In this document: positions 9,760 through 19,165 of the stretch, in pieces
How positions within the stretch are numbered: position 1 is the stretch's first letter
How the letters are laid out: each line of letters opens with the position of its first letter
NCBI GenBank assembly: GCA_963828465.1
Contig: CAWHEU010000022.1
Location: 224,001 to 288,000, forward strand
Reading direction: 5' to 3'
Source: an uncultured Acidobacteriota bacterium
GTDB taxonomy: Bacteria > Actinomycetota > Acidimicrobiia > Spongiisociales > ZC4RG35
Length of the DNA: 64,000 nucleotides
The notes under the pieces: generated by a model
Told to the model about the DNA's origin: nothing
Seen by the model: the letters and a program-made list of their open reading frames with translations, nothing else
Databases searched by the model: none
Position numbers and translations under genes: made by a program

Positions 9760-10914
9760 TCATGGCCAGATGAGATCGACACCACCTGAATCGATCAGCC
9801 GCTGAACGTCATCGGCCAGTTGGCCGGAATGGATGAGCGTCTCCAGATGTCGTCCCGGGCACAACGTGGCGGCGTGGTCCCCATGGCCGGAGATCGTGTT
9901 CGGGGTCACGTCGTATCGCTCCGACGCCCAGGCCAGTACCGACTTCAACGACGCCAGTTGCGCCGCCGTCGGTTGCTCCACCTCGAAATTGCCCTCTACG
10001 ACGACGAGGAGGTGACCCGTCGTGTCATATGGGGTGCCCGTGTCTCCTCGAAAGGCAGGGTCACGACCTTCGTAGATTCGTCCGTCGACGCCCACGACGA
10101 TGTGATAGGCGAGATCCGGCCATCCCTGACCGTTCATGTGCCAGTCCTGCCAACCCCGTATCTGGCCCGGCCCGGTGACGCCTGCTTGGGTCCCGGCGTG
10201 ATGGATGGTCAGACGATCGATGGTGTGAGGCGTCATCTCGGCAAGACGCGGCGCTACGGCGCCCCAACCCTCACGCGAGACGACTGTCAGAGGCGGGTCG
10301 GTTCGCGGTGGCGGACGGTTGGGAGCTAGACCAAGGGCACGAGTGAGAAACGTCGCCATCTGACCCCTGGTGATCAGAGCGCTCGGGCAGAAGCGATCGT
10401 TCACAGGAGGGTTGCAACCAACGGTGATACCAGCCAGGGCAACGCGGTCGATGGCGCTTTCGAAGATGCTCCCGTCGTCATCGACGAAGTGATCGCCGCG
10501 TGAGGCGGGGAGAGCAAATGCTCGCACCATCATCGCTGCCATCTCGCCCCTGGTCATCGGCCTGTCGGGACAGAAGCGATTTTTCACTGGTGGGTTGCAT
10601 CCGACCGTGATCCCAGCCGCCGCGATGCTGTTGATGGAACGCTCGAACACATCACCCGAGTCGTCGGTGAAGAAGTCTTCTCCGCTGTCGGCTAGCTGCC
10701 GGGCGCGAGAGATGAATGCAGCCATCTGCCCTCTGGTGACCGAGGAGTCGGGGCAGAACCGGTCATTCGCAGGTGGATTGCAGCCGGTGGTGATCCCGAC
10801 GGCGGCGATGGCTTCGATGCCGCCCTCGTGAGTATCCCCGTCATCATCTGTGAAGCTCCCGCCTGGCGGAAGGACGAGGAGCATCACCGAAACAGCCATC
10901 GCAGGGAGGCGCAT
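9760..10914 (-). CDS. Secreted SLH-like repeat protein with C-terminal N-acetylmuramoyl-L-alanine amidase (PGRP/Amidase_2-like)
   Basis: Three GCNPPxxxxFCP..TRG(Q/E)MA repeats, then IHHAG, WPDLAYH and GHGDHAATLCPG with the Zn ligands present. Confidence 0.85.
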   Translation of the reverse strand: MRLPAMAVSVMLLVLPPGGSFTDDDGDTHEGGIEAIAAVGITTGCNPPANDRFCPDSSVTRGQMAAFISRARQLADSGEDFFTDDSGDVFERSINSIAAAGITVGCNPPVKNRFCPDRPMTRGEMAAMMVRAFALPASRGDHFVDDDGSIFESAIDRVALAGITVGCNPPVNDRFCPSALITRGQMATFLTRALGLAPNRPPPRTDPPLTVVSREGWGAVAPRLAEMTPHTIDRLTIHHAGTQAGVTGPGQIRGWQDWHMNGQGWPDLAYHIVVGVDGRIYEGRDPAFRGDTGTPYDTTGHLLVVVEGNFEVEQPTAAQLASLKSVLAWASERYDVTPNTISGHGDHAATLCPGRHLETLIHSGQLADDVQRLIDSGGVDLIWP

Positions 10915-10925
10915 TCCAGCGATGC

Positions 10926-12327
10926 TCAGTCCTGCTCCTCCGGCGGTTTCACCGGCGGGTCACCTGGCGGCGGGTAGGACGGAGGCGATGGCGCTGATGC
11001 CTGGCCGAGAGGTTGCATGAGATCGTCGACACGGACGAAGAAAGCGGATGCCTCGCCTCGTGTCAATCTCCGATCCGGGCAGAATGAGTCCGGCCCACAC
11101 CCCTTGGTGATCCCGGCTTCGGCGAAAGCATCGATAGCCGATTCGGCCCAGTGTCGATTGTCGTCCGAGAAGGCATCGGGAACATCACGGGAGAGCCCCA
11201 GCGCCCTGACTGTCATCGCAGCGAACTCGGCACGAGTCAGAAGCCTGTCCGGGCAGAACGCCCTTGGGGCGCAGCCCGTGACGATGCCTTCGGCAGCGAG
11301 TCGGTTGATCGCATTCTGGAACGTGCTGTTCCCATCGTCTCTGAAGAAGTCCTTCGAGGTCGCAGGAAGGCCCATCACACGATGGAAGAAGGCGGCCGCC
11401 TCACCCCTGGTGATGGTTCGGTCAGGGCAGGCCAGGCGGTACCCGCATCCGAAAAGGAGCCCTCGGGCATGCAATTCGGTGAGGGCGGGCCTGAAGAGGC
11501 TCGAGTTGTCGTCCGTGAACGGGTCCATGCAGCCGACGCGGCCATGCGTCGACACCGCCACCTGATCCACTACCAGTGAGAGGCGATTCGGGGACGGCCA
11601 GTCTCCACCGAAGTAGACGTTGTGCCACATGTGGCGGATCCTGATGTTCGCATCGCCGGGGAACCGGTATGCGATGCCCTGCTCGTTGAATCTGAGCTTC
11701 CCGTCGAGCCAGCCGTCAAAGGATCCATTGCTGAGGGATGGGGCGTTCAGCTTGACGTGCCCCTCGATGCAATGCCAACGACCCTGCTCCAGTGAAGCCC
11801 CAGGCCACCAGAGATGCTCACCGCAGTCGCCCGGCTGATTTGCGTGATAGAGGTAGGTCCCGATCGGGATCCGGCCTCCGGGCACTCCTTCGGTTCCCGG
11901 GCTGCCGAATAGTCCTCGCGCGGACCAGCCGGGCGAGCCCCCGGTTGGTGGGATGCAACCCCGTCCGGATGACGAATAGAGGCCGGCCAGCCCGGGGAGC
12001 TTGCCGACGAAGGCGGCGTTCCAACTCAACAAGCGGATGTGATACCGATACCAGGCTTCCGTCGGTGCCGGCGCGAGCCTGTCGAGCGGGCCGAGGCCGC
12101 GGAACCCTCCCTCGGGAATGACGACCTCCAGGCCATTGCCTGCGAAGCCACCGTTCGTGATGCTGGTGCGGGACAGGTCGAGGGACCGGACGTCCACCAT
12201 GCCCTCGGTCCATGTGTCATCTTCGAAGCCCGTTTTCGACAATGATCTCCCCGGCTGCCGGGAGGGGCCCACCCAGGGCCAGGGCCACAACAACGGTGAC
12301 GAGCAGAGGGCCCGCTCTTCGGCTCAT
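10926..12327 (-). CDS. Secreted polysaccharide-lyase-like (PL14-type) protein with SLH-like repeats; frameshift near 12230
   Basis: Signal peptide MSRRAGPLLVTVVVALAL from ATG 12327. Motifs GKLPGL, GWSAR, YLYH, GRWHCIE...NG...WLDG and YFGG, then three SLH-like repeats. Confidence 0.7.
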
Positions 12328-12432
12328 CGGGTCACCGTAGCTGCGATGGGTTTTATTGAACACCCTCAGTGGGTGGCGACCACGCGATGAGAGGTGGGCG
12401 CAAATCCAATGTTCCGATAGTCTGGCGGCCTC

Positions 12433-13716
12433 ATGCTGCGCAGGGTCCTCTCCGTCTTCCTCATGGCGCTGTTGCTCGTGCCGTTGGTCCCGGCGGGATC
12501 AGCCCTGGCCCAGGAGCAAACGACGTTCACCCCGGAGGGGGAGCTCGCCACTTACTCGACGAGTGTGGCCCGGCTCCAGGAAGCCCTAAAGGACAAGAAG
12601 TTTTACCGCGGCTCCATAGACGGTATCTACGGTGCGCAGACCCAGCAGGCGGTGATGGCCTTCCGCAAGGAGATCGGAGCGAGCCGCTCGTTCTCCTGGA
12701 GCGATTCGCACTGGGACGATCTCGAGCTCTACCAGGCCCCCTACACCAGGTTCGACGAGCCCGATCGGGTGGAGGTCAACCTGGACAAGCAGACCGCGCA
12801 CCTGTACCGCGGTGGGGCTCTGGTGGCCACGTTCCCGATCTCCTCGGGCAACGGTGAGACCTATCACGACAATGCCGGGAACCTGAAGCGGGCGGTGACC
12901 CCCACCGGCGACTTCGAGATCTACCGCCATGCCTCCGGTTGGTACGAGTCGACACTCGGTCTCGGGATGATGCTGAGCCCGTGGTTTTTCAACGGCGGCA
13001 TAGCCCTCCACGGGTCCCTCTCGGTGCCATCCGGGCCTGCATCACACGGGTGCATTCGCCTCACCACCTGGGACAGCGGTTTCCTCGACAGGTACGCATT
13101 CAGGGGGATGCCGGTCCACGTTTATTACGCCGACGATTCACCCGTCTATGGCAGCGACGGGCCTTTCGCAGACGTCCCGGCGAGCCACACCTTCGTGGCC
13201 GCTATCCAGTGGATGGTCGACACCGGCACCACCGACGGCTGCAGTCTCTATTTCTTCTGCCCCGACGCACCGGCGAGCCGCGGTCAGATCGCTGCCTTCA
13301 TGAGGCGGATATTGGGGCCGCATCTGGGGAATGGCCCGCCGGCGGAGTTCGCCGACACCGAGGGTCATCCGTTCGAGCGGGCAGTGGAATGGATGGCGGG
13401 CCTCGAGATAACCAAGGGTTGCAACCCGCCCGACAACACCTTGTTCTGCCCTGACCGGTCTGTGACTCGAGGTGAGATGGCCGCCATGTTCATGAGAGCG
13501 GGCGAGGAGTTGTTGGGGGTGAGCTCGGACAACGTGAACCTCGATCGCTTCCGCGACACCCGGGGTCACAACTTCCAGAAGGCTGCCGCCTGGATGGCGT
13601 CAGCCGGCGTCAGCCTCGGGTGCAACCCGCCGACCAATGATCAGTACTGCCCGGACACCAAGGTGACCCGAGCCCAGCTCTCCGCTTTCCTGAAGCGGAT
13701 CGTGGATCAGCTCTGA
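12433..13716 (+). CDS. L,D-transpeptidase with peptidoglycan-binding domain and SLH-like repeats
   Basis: Signal peptide, PG-binding motif IDGIYGAQTQQAV, YkuD motif ALHG...SHGCIRL and three SLH-like repeats. Confidence 0.9.
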   Translation: MLRRVLSVFLMALLLVPLVPAGSALAQEQTTFTPEGELATYSTSVARLQEALKDKKFYRGSIDGIYGAQTQQAVMAFRKEIGASRSFSWSDSHWDDLELYQAPYTRFDEPDRVEVNLDKQTAHLYRGGALVATFPISSGNGETYHDNAGNLKRAVTPTGDFEIYRHASGWYESTLGLGMMLSPWFFNGGIALHGSLSVPSGPASHGCIRLTTWDSGFLDRYAFRGMPVHVYYADDSPVYGSDGPFADVPASHTFVAAIQWMVDTGTTDGCSLYFFCPDAPASRGQIAAFMRRILGPHLGNGPPAEFADTEGHPFERAVEWMAGLEITKGCNPPDNTLFCPDRSVTRGEMAAMFMRAGEELLGVSSDNVNLDRFRDTRGHNFQKAAAWMASAGVSLGCNPPTNDQYCPDTKVTRAQLSAFLKRIVDQL

Positions 13717-13723
13717 GTCTCAT

Positions 13724-14815
13724 TTGACCGGGTTCGACTACCCGGGGCGCGTCGCCCGGCTGCAAACGACCATGGTCGAAGAGGGGGTGGATGCCGTCGT
13801 CCTCTCCATCGGTGCGGACCTGCCGTACTTCACCGGTTACGAGGCGATGGACTCCGAGCGACCGACGGTGCTGATCGTGGCCCAGACCGGGATTCCGGTG
13901 CTCGTCATCCCGCTCCTCGAGACGCCACGTGTCGCGTCGACCAATGTCGAACTGGCGAGTTGGCAGGAGACCGAAGACCCGATGGCTCTCGTCGCTCGTG
14001 CCCTGGACGGTGCCAAGCATGTCGCTATCGGGGACCAGACCCGTTCCTCGACACTCTTGTCGATCCAGGAGGCCCTCCCGGATGTGACCTGGCTCAGTGC
14101 CTCGAAGATCACCTCGACTCTTCGGATTCGCAAGGACCCGGACGAGGTCGAGATGCTGAGATCGGCTGCGAGCGCAGTGGATCGAGCTCTGAAGCGCATC
14201 CCGGCCGAGGTTCGGTTCTCAGGTCGAACTGAGGCGGAGATTGCTCGGGACCTGCAATCGATGACCGTGGAGGAAGGACACGACGTGGCGATGTTCGCCA
14301 TTGTCGGTGGGGGGCCAAACGGCGCTTCCCCTCATCACGATCCGGGCATGAGGGTCATCGAGCCCGGCGATCTGGTGGTCTGCGATTTCGGCGGGAGACG
14401 CAACCACTACACCTCCGACGTGACACGCACCTTCGCCGTGGGCCCTCCCTCGCCTGAACAGGAGGAAGTGCACCGCGTCGTGCTCGAGGCCAGCGAGGCG
14501 GCCCGGGGCGCGGTCAAGCCTGGGGTGACGTGCCAGGAAATCGACCGATCAGCCCGACGTGTCGTTGATGAGGCCGGCTTCGGAGACTTGTTCATCCATC
14601 GCACCGGTCACGGGATCGGCCTCGAGGTCCACGAGCACCCCTACATAGTGGAGGGGAACGAGACACCGCTCGAAGAGGGAATGACCTTCTCCGTCGAGCC
14701 TGGGGTCTATCTGCCCGGTCGGTTCGGGGTCAGGATCGAGGACATCGTCGCCTGCGGGGCCACCGCTGTGGACGAGTTGAACCGGGCGGACCGCTCTCTG
14801 CGGGTCGTCGAGTAG
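13724..14815 (+). CDS. Xaa-Pro peptidase (M24 family)
   Basis: Motifs CDFGG, SDVTRT, HRTGHGIGLEVHE, EPGVY and GVRIED. Confidence 0.93.
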   Translation: MTGFDYPGRVARLQTTMVEEGVDAVVLSIGADLPYFTGYEAMDSERPTVLIVAQTGIPVLVIPLLETPRVASTNVELASWQETEDPMALVARALDGAKHVAIGDQTRSSTLLSIQEALPDVTWLSASKITSTLRIRKDPDEVEMLRSAASAVDRALKRIPAEVRFSGRTEAEIARDLQSMTVEEGHDVAMFAIVGGGPNGASPHHDPGMRVIEPGDLVVCDFGGRRNHYTSDVTRTFAVGPPSPEQEEVHRVVLEASEAARGAVKPGVTCQEIDRSARRVVDEAGFGDLFIHRTGHGIGLEVHEHPYIVEGNETPLEEGMTFSVEPGVYLPGRFGVRIEDIVACGATAVDELNRADRSLRVVE

Positions 14816-14823
14816 TGCTCCTC

Positions 14824-14880
14824 CCGCGAACCCAGGGTTCTGGACTTCGCTGAGCGGTGCTGGCAACCCTGGGTTCGCGG
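14824..14880. terminator. 16-bp perfect inverted repeat between convergent genes (bidirectional terminator or REP-like element)
   Basis: CCGCGAACCCAGGGTT (14824-14839) pairs with AACCCTGGGTTCGCGG (14865-14880) around a 25-nt loop. Confidence 0.6.
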
Positions 14881-14881
14881 C

Positions 14882-16968
14882 TCAGAGGTCGAGGGCGCGT
14901 GTCAGGAAGGCCGCCATCTGGCCGCGAGTGACAGGCTGATCGGGGCAGAACTTCGTGTTGGCCGGCGGGTTGCAACCCAAGGTGACCCCAGCGGTGGCAA
15001 GTCGGTCGATCGCCGACTCGAAAACGCTTCGGTTGTCGTCGCTGAAGTGATTGCCGCCCCCGTCGTTGGTGTATCCCAGAGCCCGCACCAGGAAGGCCGC
15101 CATCTGGCCCCGAGTGACCGGCCGATCGGGGCAGTACTTCGTGTTGGCCGGCGGGTTGCAACCCAGCGTGACTGATGCGGTTGCCAGTCGGTCGATGGCG
15201 GCTTCGAAGACATGCCCGTTGTCATCCGTGAACTGGTCGCCGCCTCCGTCGTCGGTGTATCCCAAGGCGCGGACCAGGAAGGCCGCCATCTGGCCTCTGG
15301 TCACCGCATCCTTGGGGCAGAACGCGTCATTGAACGGCGGGTTGCACCCACGGGTGATCCCCGATGCTCCCAAGCGCTCGATGGCAGCGGTGAAGACGCT
15401 GTCGTCGTCGTCGAAAAAGAGACCATTGAAGGCGAGGGGCAACGGGTCGTCACAACTCTGATCGGGGCGGGCGAACCAGCGGGTGGGAGGGGCGTCGGTC
15501 GGTGTATTGCCGACGTGGACGACCAGCGACCCACTCGCCACTGAACACCTCGATATCTGCCCGGCCGTCACCGTCGTAATCGGCGGCGCCCAGCCCGCGA
15601 ACTTCATTGGCCGGGATCTCGACGTCGAATGACTGGTCCAGGGTCAGCCCGCCGCCCTGCAGATTCAGGACGTCGATTCTCGAACCCGAACTGTCGGGGT
15701 AGAGGGCGAACAACTCCGGAGTGGTTCCTCCGTCACGGTCGCCGGCCGCGATGTGAATCGGTGTACCACCTGGCATTGTTGCGTTTCTCAAGACGGTGCT
15801 GAGCCCGGGTCCTTTGAGAACGCGGAGAGTGCCACCCGGCCCTGCTTCCCAAACGTCGGCCCTGCGGTCACCGTCGAGATCTGCTCCGGCGAGGGCGACA
15901 TGATTTGGGTCGATGCCGGTGGAGAGGTTGGAGATGTCCTCGAAGCCGGAGGACACGCGACGCGACGGATGCAGTCACCGTCGAGCCAGTGTTGAACGCC
16001 ACGAGGTCCTGTCCGCTGTCAGCGTCGAGGTCCATGAACAGGATCCGGTCCGACCCAGCTATCGAAGCGTCGGGAAGGAACCACCGGTTCACCGAGCATT
16101 CCCCAAAGAGCATGGTTCCGGAGGCCACATCGATGACCGTGCCACCAGGATGGGCCCTGACGCCGGCCACGTCCGGTGCACCCTTGCCGGTCACGTCGGC
16201 GATGGTGAGCCGATATCGGTCGGTCACGGATGTGAACTCGGTGCGGTAGGTGGCAGCCGCCGATGCGAAAGGCCGTTTCGAAGTGACCGGAGGGAGGGGG
16301 GTCAGCGGGGATTCCGGGCCGCTGCCCGGGCCCATCCACGAAAAATGCATCGGGTCTTTGCTGAAGACCCAATCACCTCCCCAGCAGAATCCAGCGTCAC
16401 GCCATACGTCGACGTACCAGCCTGGCATGTTGGTGATCAGTCTGTTGTCGTCGCGCTGCGGGTTCTGCGCCGGATTGATGTCCACGGCGAGCCCGAGGCC
16501 GTGACGCGAGATCTGAGTGCTGCCGGCGATGGTGCGAGAGGTGAATCCGGACACGCTCCTGACCGTGTACGTATTTCCTTGCGCCGCCTGGGCCGCCAGG
16601 CCAGCGCTGACCCGACGGAAGGCGGGGAGTGCGAGACGGTGGACGCTCACCACTCTTCCCCCGCTGCCGGGCACCACCCATGGCGCGAGGTTGGCTCTGA
16701 CCTGTCCAATCGTTCTCCCGAAGTACGTGCCGAAGGGGCCGAGCACCGGCTCTGCAGAAGACAATCCTCCGGACTTGGAGGAATAGGGCGTCCTGGCAAA
16801 AGGGGCACCGCAACTCGCTGCCTCCGAGAAGCTGTTCCAGCGGGTCGATGTGTCGGATGATGGCTCTCCAGGCAGAGCCGGGACCATCACCAGGCCGAGG
16901 ATGATGCTGAGGGCGGCGAGCCCCGTCCTTCGCGATGCTGCGGAGGGCACCGATTCATGATGTCGCAT
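14882..16968 (-). CDS. Secreted M15-family Zn peptidase with FG-GAP-like repeats and three SLH-like repeats; two frameshifts (~15955, ~15540)
   Basis: M15 motifs SRHGLGLAVDINP and WGGDW..DPMHF; repeats ADVTGKG, DLDADSG, ADLDGDR and ADYDGDG; C-terminal SLH-like repeats. Assembled from three overlapping ORFs. Confidence 0.75.
14900..15430 (-). repeat. Intragenic 186-bp-period tandem repeat encoding SLH-like units
   Basis: CAGGAAGGCCGCCATCTGGCC recurs at 14903, 15089 and 15275. Confidence 0.85.
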
Positions 16969-16993
16969 CTGGCGCCCTATGCGATCTGGCTGC

Positions 16994-18007
16994 TCAGTCG
17001 GATGCAGTGACCCGGGCTGTCGTCTCCTGCACGACAACGCCCGCCCATCGCCATACAGCGACCAACGTGTGGGTCCCGCCGGAGAACGTCATCGTCGACA
17101 CCCACGCCCGCTCGGCGATCGAGCCGTTGGTCCGGAGAGGGCGCGCCGACATCGACACCGGGTTCCCATCGAGGGTGAGGCGGAAACTGGTGTCGCCCGA
17201 CGTGAAGGCGGCCTCCTCCCCTGATCGATATGGGAGCACCTGAAACAGCCCTTCGTCGATGCGGTATTTGGTCCCGGCCCCGACGACGAGGCTGAGGGTG
17301 CAACGGCCACCGCCCCGGGAACAGGCCGAGCGATTCCACTCCGACAGCGGGACGACGATCCCGGGTATGGGGAGCTCGAGTGCCCGACGAACGAACCCGG
17401 CGCTCTGGGCCCTGGTCAAACGATCGTTGGGGCAATACCGATCGTTGGTCGGTGGATTGCAACCGAAGGTCCACCCCTGAGCGGCTACCCGGTTTATGGC
17501 GCCCTCGAGGACATGGCCGTCGTCGTCGACGAACCGGTCGCTGCTCGTTTCGGGCAGTTCGTAGGCGCGGGCCAGAAATGCGGCGAACTCGGCGCGTGTC
17601 AGCCCTCGGTTGGGGCAGAAGTTCGTGTTGGCCGGAGGGTTACACCCAAGCGTGATCTCCGCTTCGGCCAGGCGATTGATGGCGCCCTCGAGGGCATGCC
17701 CGTTGTCGTCGTCAAAGAAATCGTCGTCGCTCTCGGGCAGGTTCAGCGCCCTGGCGACGAAGGCAGCGGCCTGGGCCCGAGTCATGGTGTCGTCGGGGCA
17801 ATAGCGATTGTTCGTCGGGGGATTGCATCCGAAGGTGATGCCGGCATTGGCGATCGCCTCGATCCCGTTCTCCAACGGGTGCCCGTTGTCGTCGGTGAAG
17901 CGGCCACTGACGGTGAGGGCTTCGGCGCGGCCCGGGAAGAGGGTCATAACGATGGCAACCAGCGCCACCACGGTCACAGAGACGAGGACCCTTCTCCGGG
18001 CGATCAT
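16994..18007 (-). CDS. Secreted SLH-like repeat protein with C-terminal beta-rich domain of unknown function
   Basis: Signal peptide ending in AEA, three GCNPPxNxxxCP..TRA(Q/E) repeats and a C-terminal domain with a CSRGGGRC pair. Confidence 0.85.
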   Translation of the reverse strand: MIARRRVLVSVTVVALVAIVMTLFPGRAEALTVSGRFTDDNGHPLENGIEAIANAGITFGCNPPTNNRYCPDDTMTRAQAAAFVARALNLPESDDDFFDDDNGHALEGAINRLAEAEITLGCNPPANTNFCPNRGLTRAEFAAFLARAYELPETSSDRFVDDDGHVLEGAINRVAAQGWTFGCNPPTNDRYCPNDRLTRAQSAGFVRRALELPIPGIVVPLSEWNRSACSRGGGRCTLSLVVGAGTKYRIDEGLFQVLPYRSGEEAAFTSGDTSFRLTLDGNPVSMSARPLRTNGSIAERAWVSTMTFSGGTHTLVAVWRWAGVVVQETTARVTASD

Positions 18008-18462
18008 TCGATCTCCAGCGTCTCGAGCACGGCGTTCACGCTGGGAAGGATGTCTGCGCGATCGACGTGGGAGCCGAGGACGACGTAGAGACAGAAGGCG
18101 CGACCATTCTGGGTGAAGAATCGCTGCAGACCGGACTGGCCCGGCATCGCACGTTGCAGCGCGTTGCGATCGAACTCGCGGGCCGCGAGCTGACGGGGTA
18201 TCCCCTCGGCTTCGAACAGAGGTGTTCCGGCACTCTCCGGGCCGTATTCGAAAAGAGTCATGAACACATCGGTGCCATTCATCAGCTCCACCGCACCGGT
18301 GCCGAATGAACCGCGTTCGGGGGGCAGCGGGAAGGAGGCCAAGTGCATGACGGTCGGCTCCACGGCGCCGTCGGATTGGAGTTGGAAGTCGCCCCCCGAG
18401 ATCGAACCTTCCCAGTCGTCAGGGACCTCGACTGCGATCCCGCTGCGGGTCAATTGAGGCAA
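18004..18462 (-). CDS. Hypothetical protein in the mau-like operon
   Basis: TTG start at 18462 directly after the MauD-like stop: (M)PQLTRSGIAVEVPDDWEG...QRFFTQNGRAFCLYVVLG. ATGA overlap with the next gene. Confidence 0.7.
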   Translation of the reverse strand: MPQLTRSGIAVEVPDDWEGSISGGDFQLQSDGAVEPTVMHLASFPLPPERGSFGTGAVELMNGTDVFMTLFEYGPESAGTPLFEAEGIPRQLAAREFDRNALQRAMPGQSGLQRFFTQNGRAFCLYVVLGSHVDRADILPSVNAVLETLEIE

Positions 18463-18463
18463 C

Positions 18464-19165
18464 TCAGGATCCCTTCTCGAGCGGGTTCGAGTAGAGCGAC
18501 GGGTCGCCTGGCTCGATGCCGGCCTGACGGAGTTGCTGATCGGTGAATTCCTCGCGGCCGGACGGGTCGAGGCGGACCGGCACCGCATCGCGAGCAGACT
18601 GGCGGAGGAGCCCGAGAAGGTGCCGCCAGCTCGAGGCGGCGCCCTCGCCGATGACCATCCCCTGGCCGTCGACGAGGAGGAAATATGGGGTCATCGGGAC
18701 CCGGAACGTCTCCCAGGTCTCGTCCGACATGATCAAAGGGACCCGAGGTGGCGCCATGTCGACCAACTTGGCTGCCGATTCGGACCCAGGGCCTTTGGTG
18801 ACGATCACAGTCCGCGTGTCGGGCATGGGCAACTCGAAATCGCCCTGAAACTCGGTCCAGAACGTCTGGCAACTCAGGCAGCCCGAGGAGAGGAACGCCA
18901 CCAAAGTGTTGCCCCGGCCGTGGACCAGGCTCATGCTCTGATCGGCGCCATCGAGCCCTACCCCACGCAGCGTGTTGGATGGGGCCTTCTCGAAACCTGT
19001 GGTCTTGGGTCTGGTCTGGGGCGTCCCCACCGTGACCGCCCCCTCCTCGGTTACGCCGAGCGCGGCGAGTTGTCGGAGGATCTCGGCATGGCTCTTGAGC
19101 AGTCCGGCGACGAGGATGGCGAGGAGGATGATCACCACGCCTTCGATGATGACAATCGCCGTCAT
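18464..19165 (-). CDS. Membrane-anchored thioredoxin-like protein (MauD-like)
   Basis: N-terminal TM followed by HAEILRQL, LVAFLSSGCLSC (CxxC) and the cis-Pro loop FRVPMTPYFLLVDGQG. Confidence 0.7.
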   Translation of the reverse strand: MTAIVIIEGVVIILLAILVAGLLKSHAEILRQLAALGVTEEGAVTVGTPQTRPKTTGFEKAPSNTLRGVGLDGADQSMSLVHGRGNTLVAFLSSGCLSCQTFWTEFQGDFELPMPDTRTVIVTKGPGSESAAKLVDMAPPRVPLIMSDETWETFRVPMTPYFLLVDGQGMVIGEGAASSWRHLLGLLRQSARDAVPVRLDPSGREEFTDQQLRQAGIEPGDPSLYSNPLEKGS

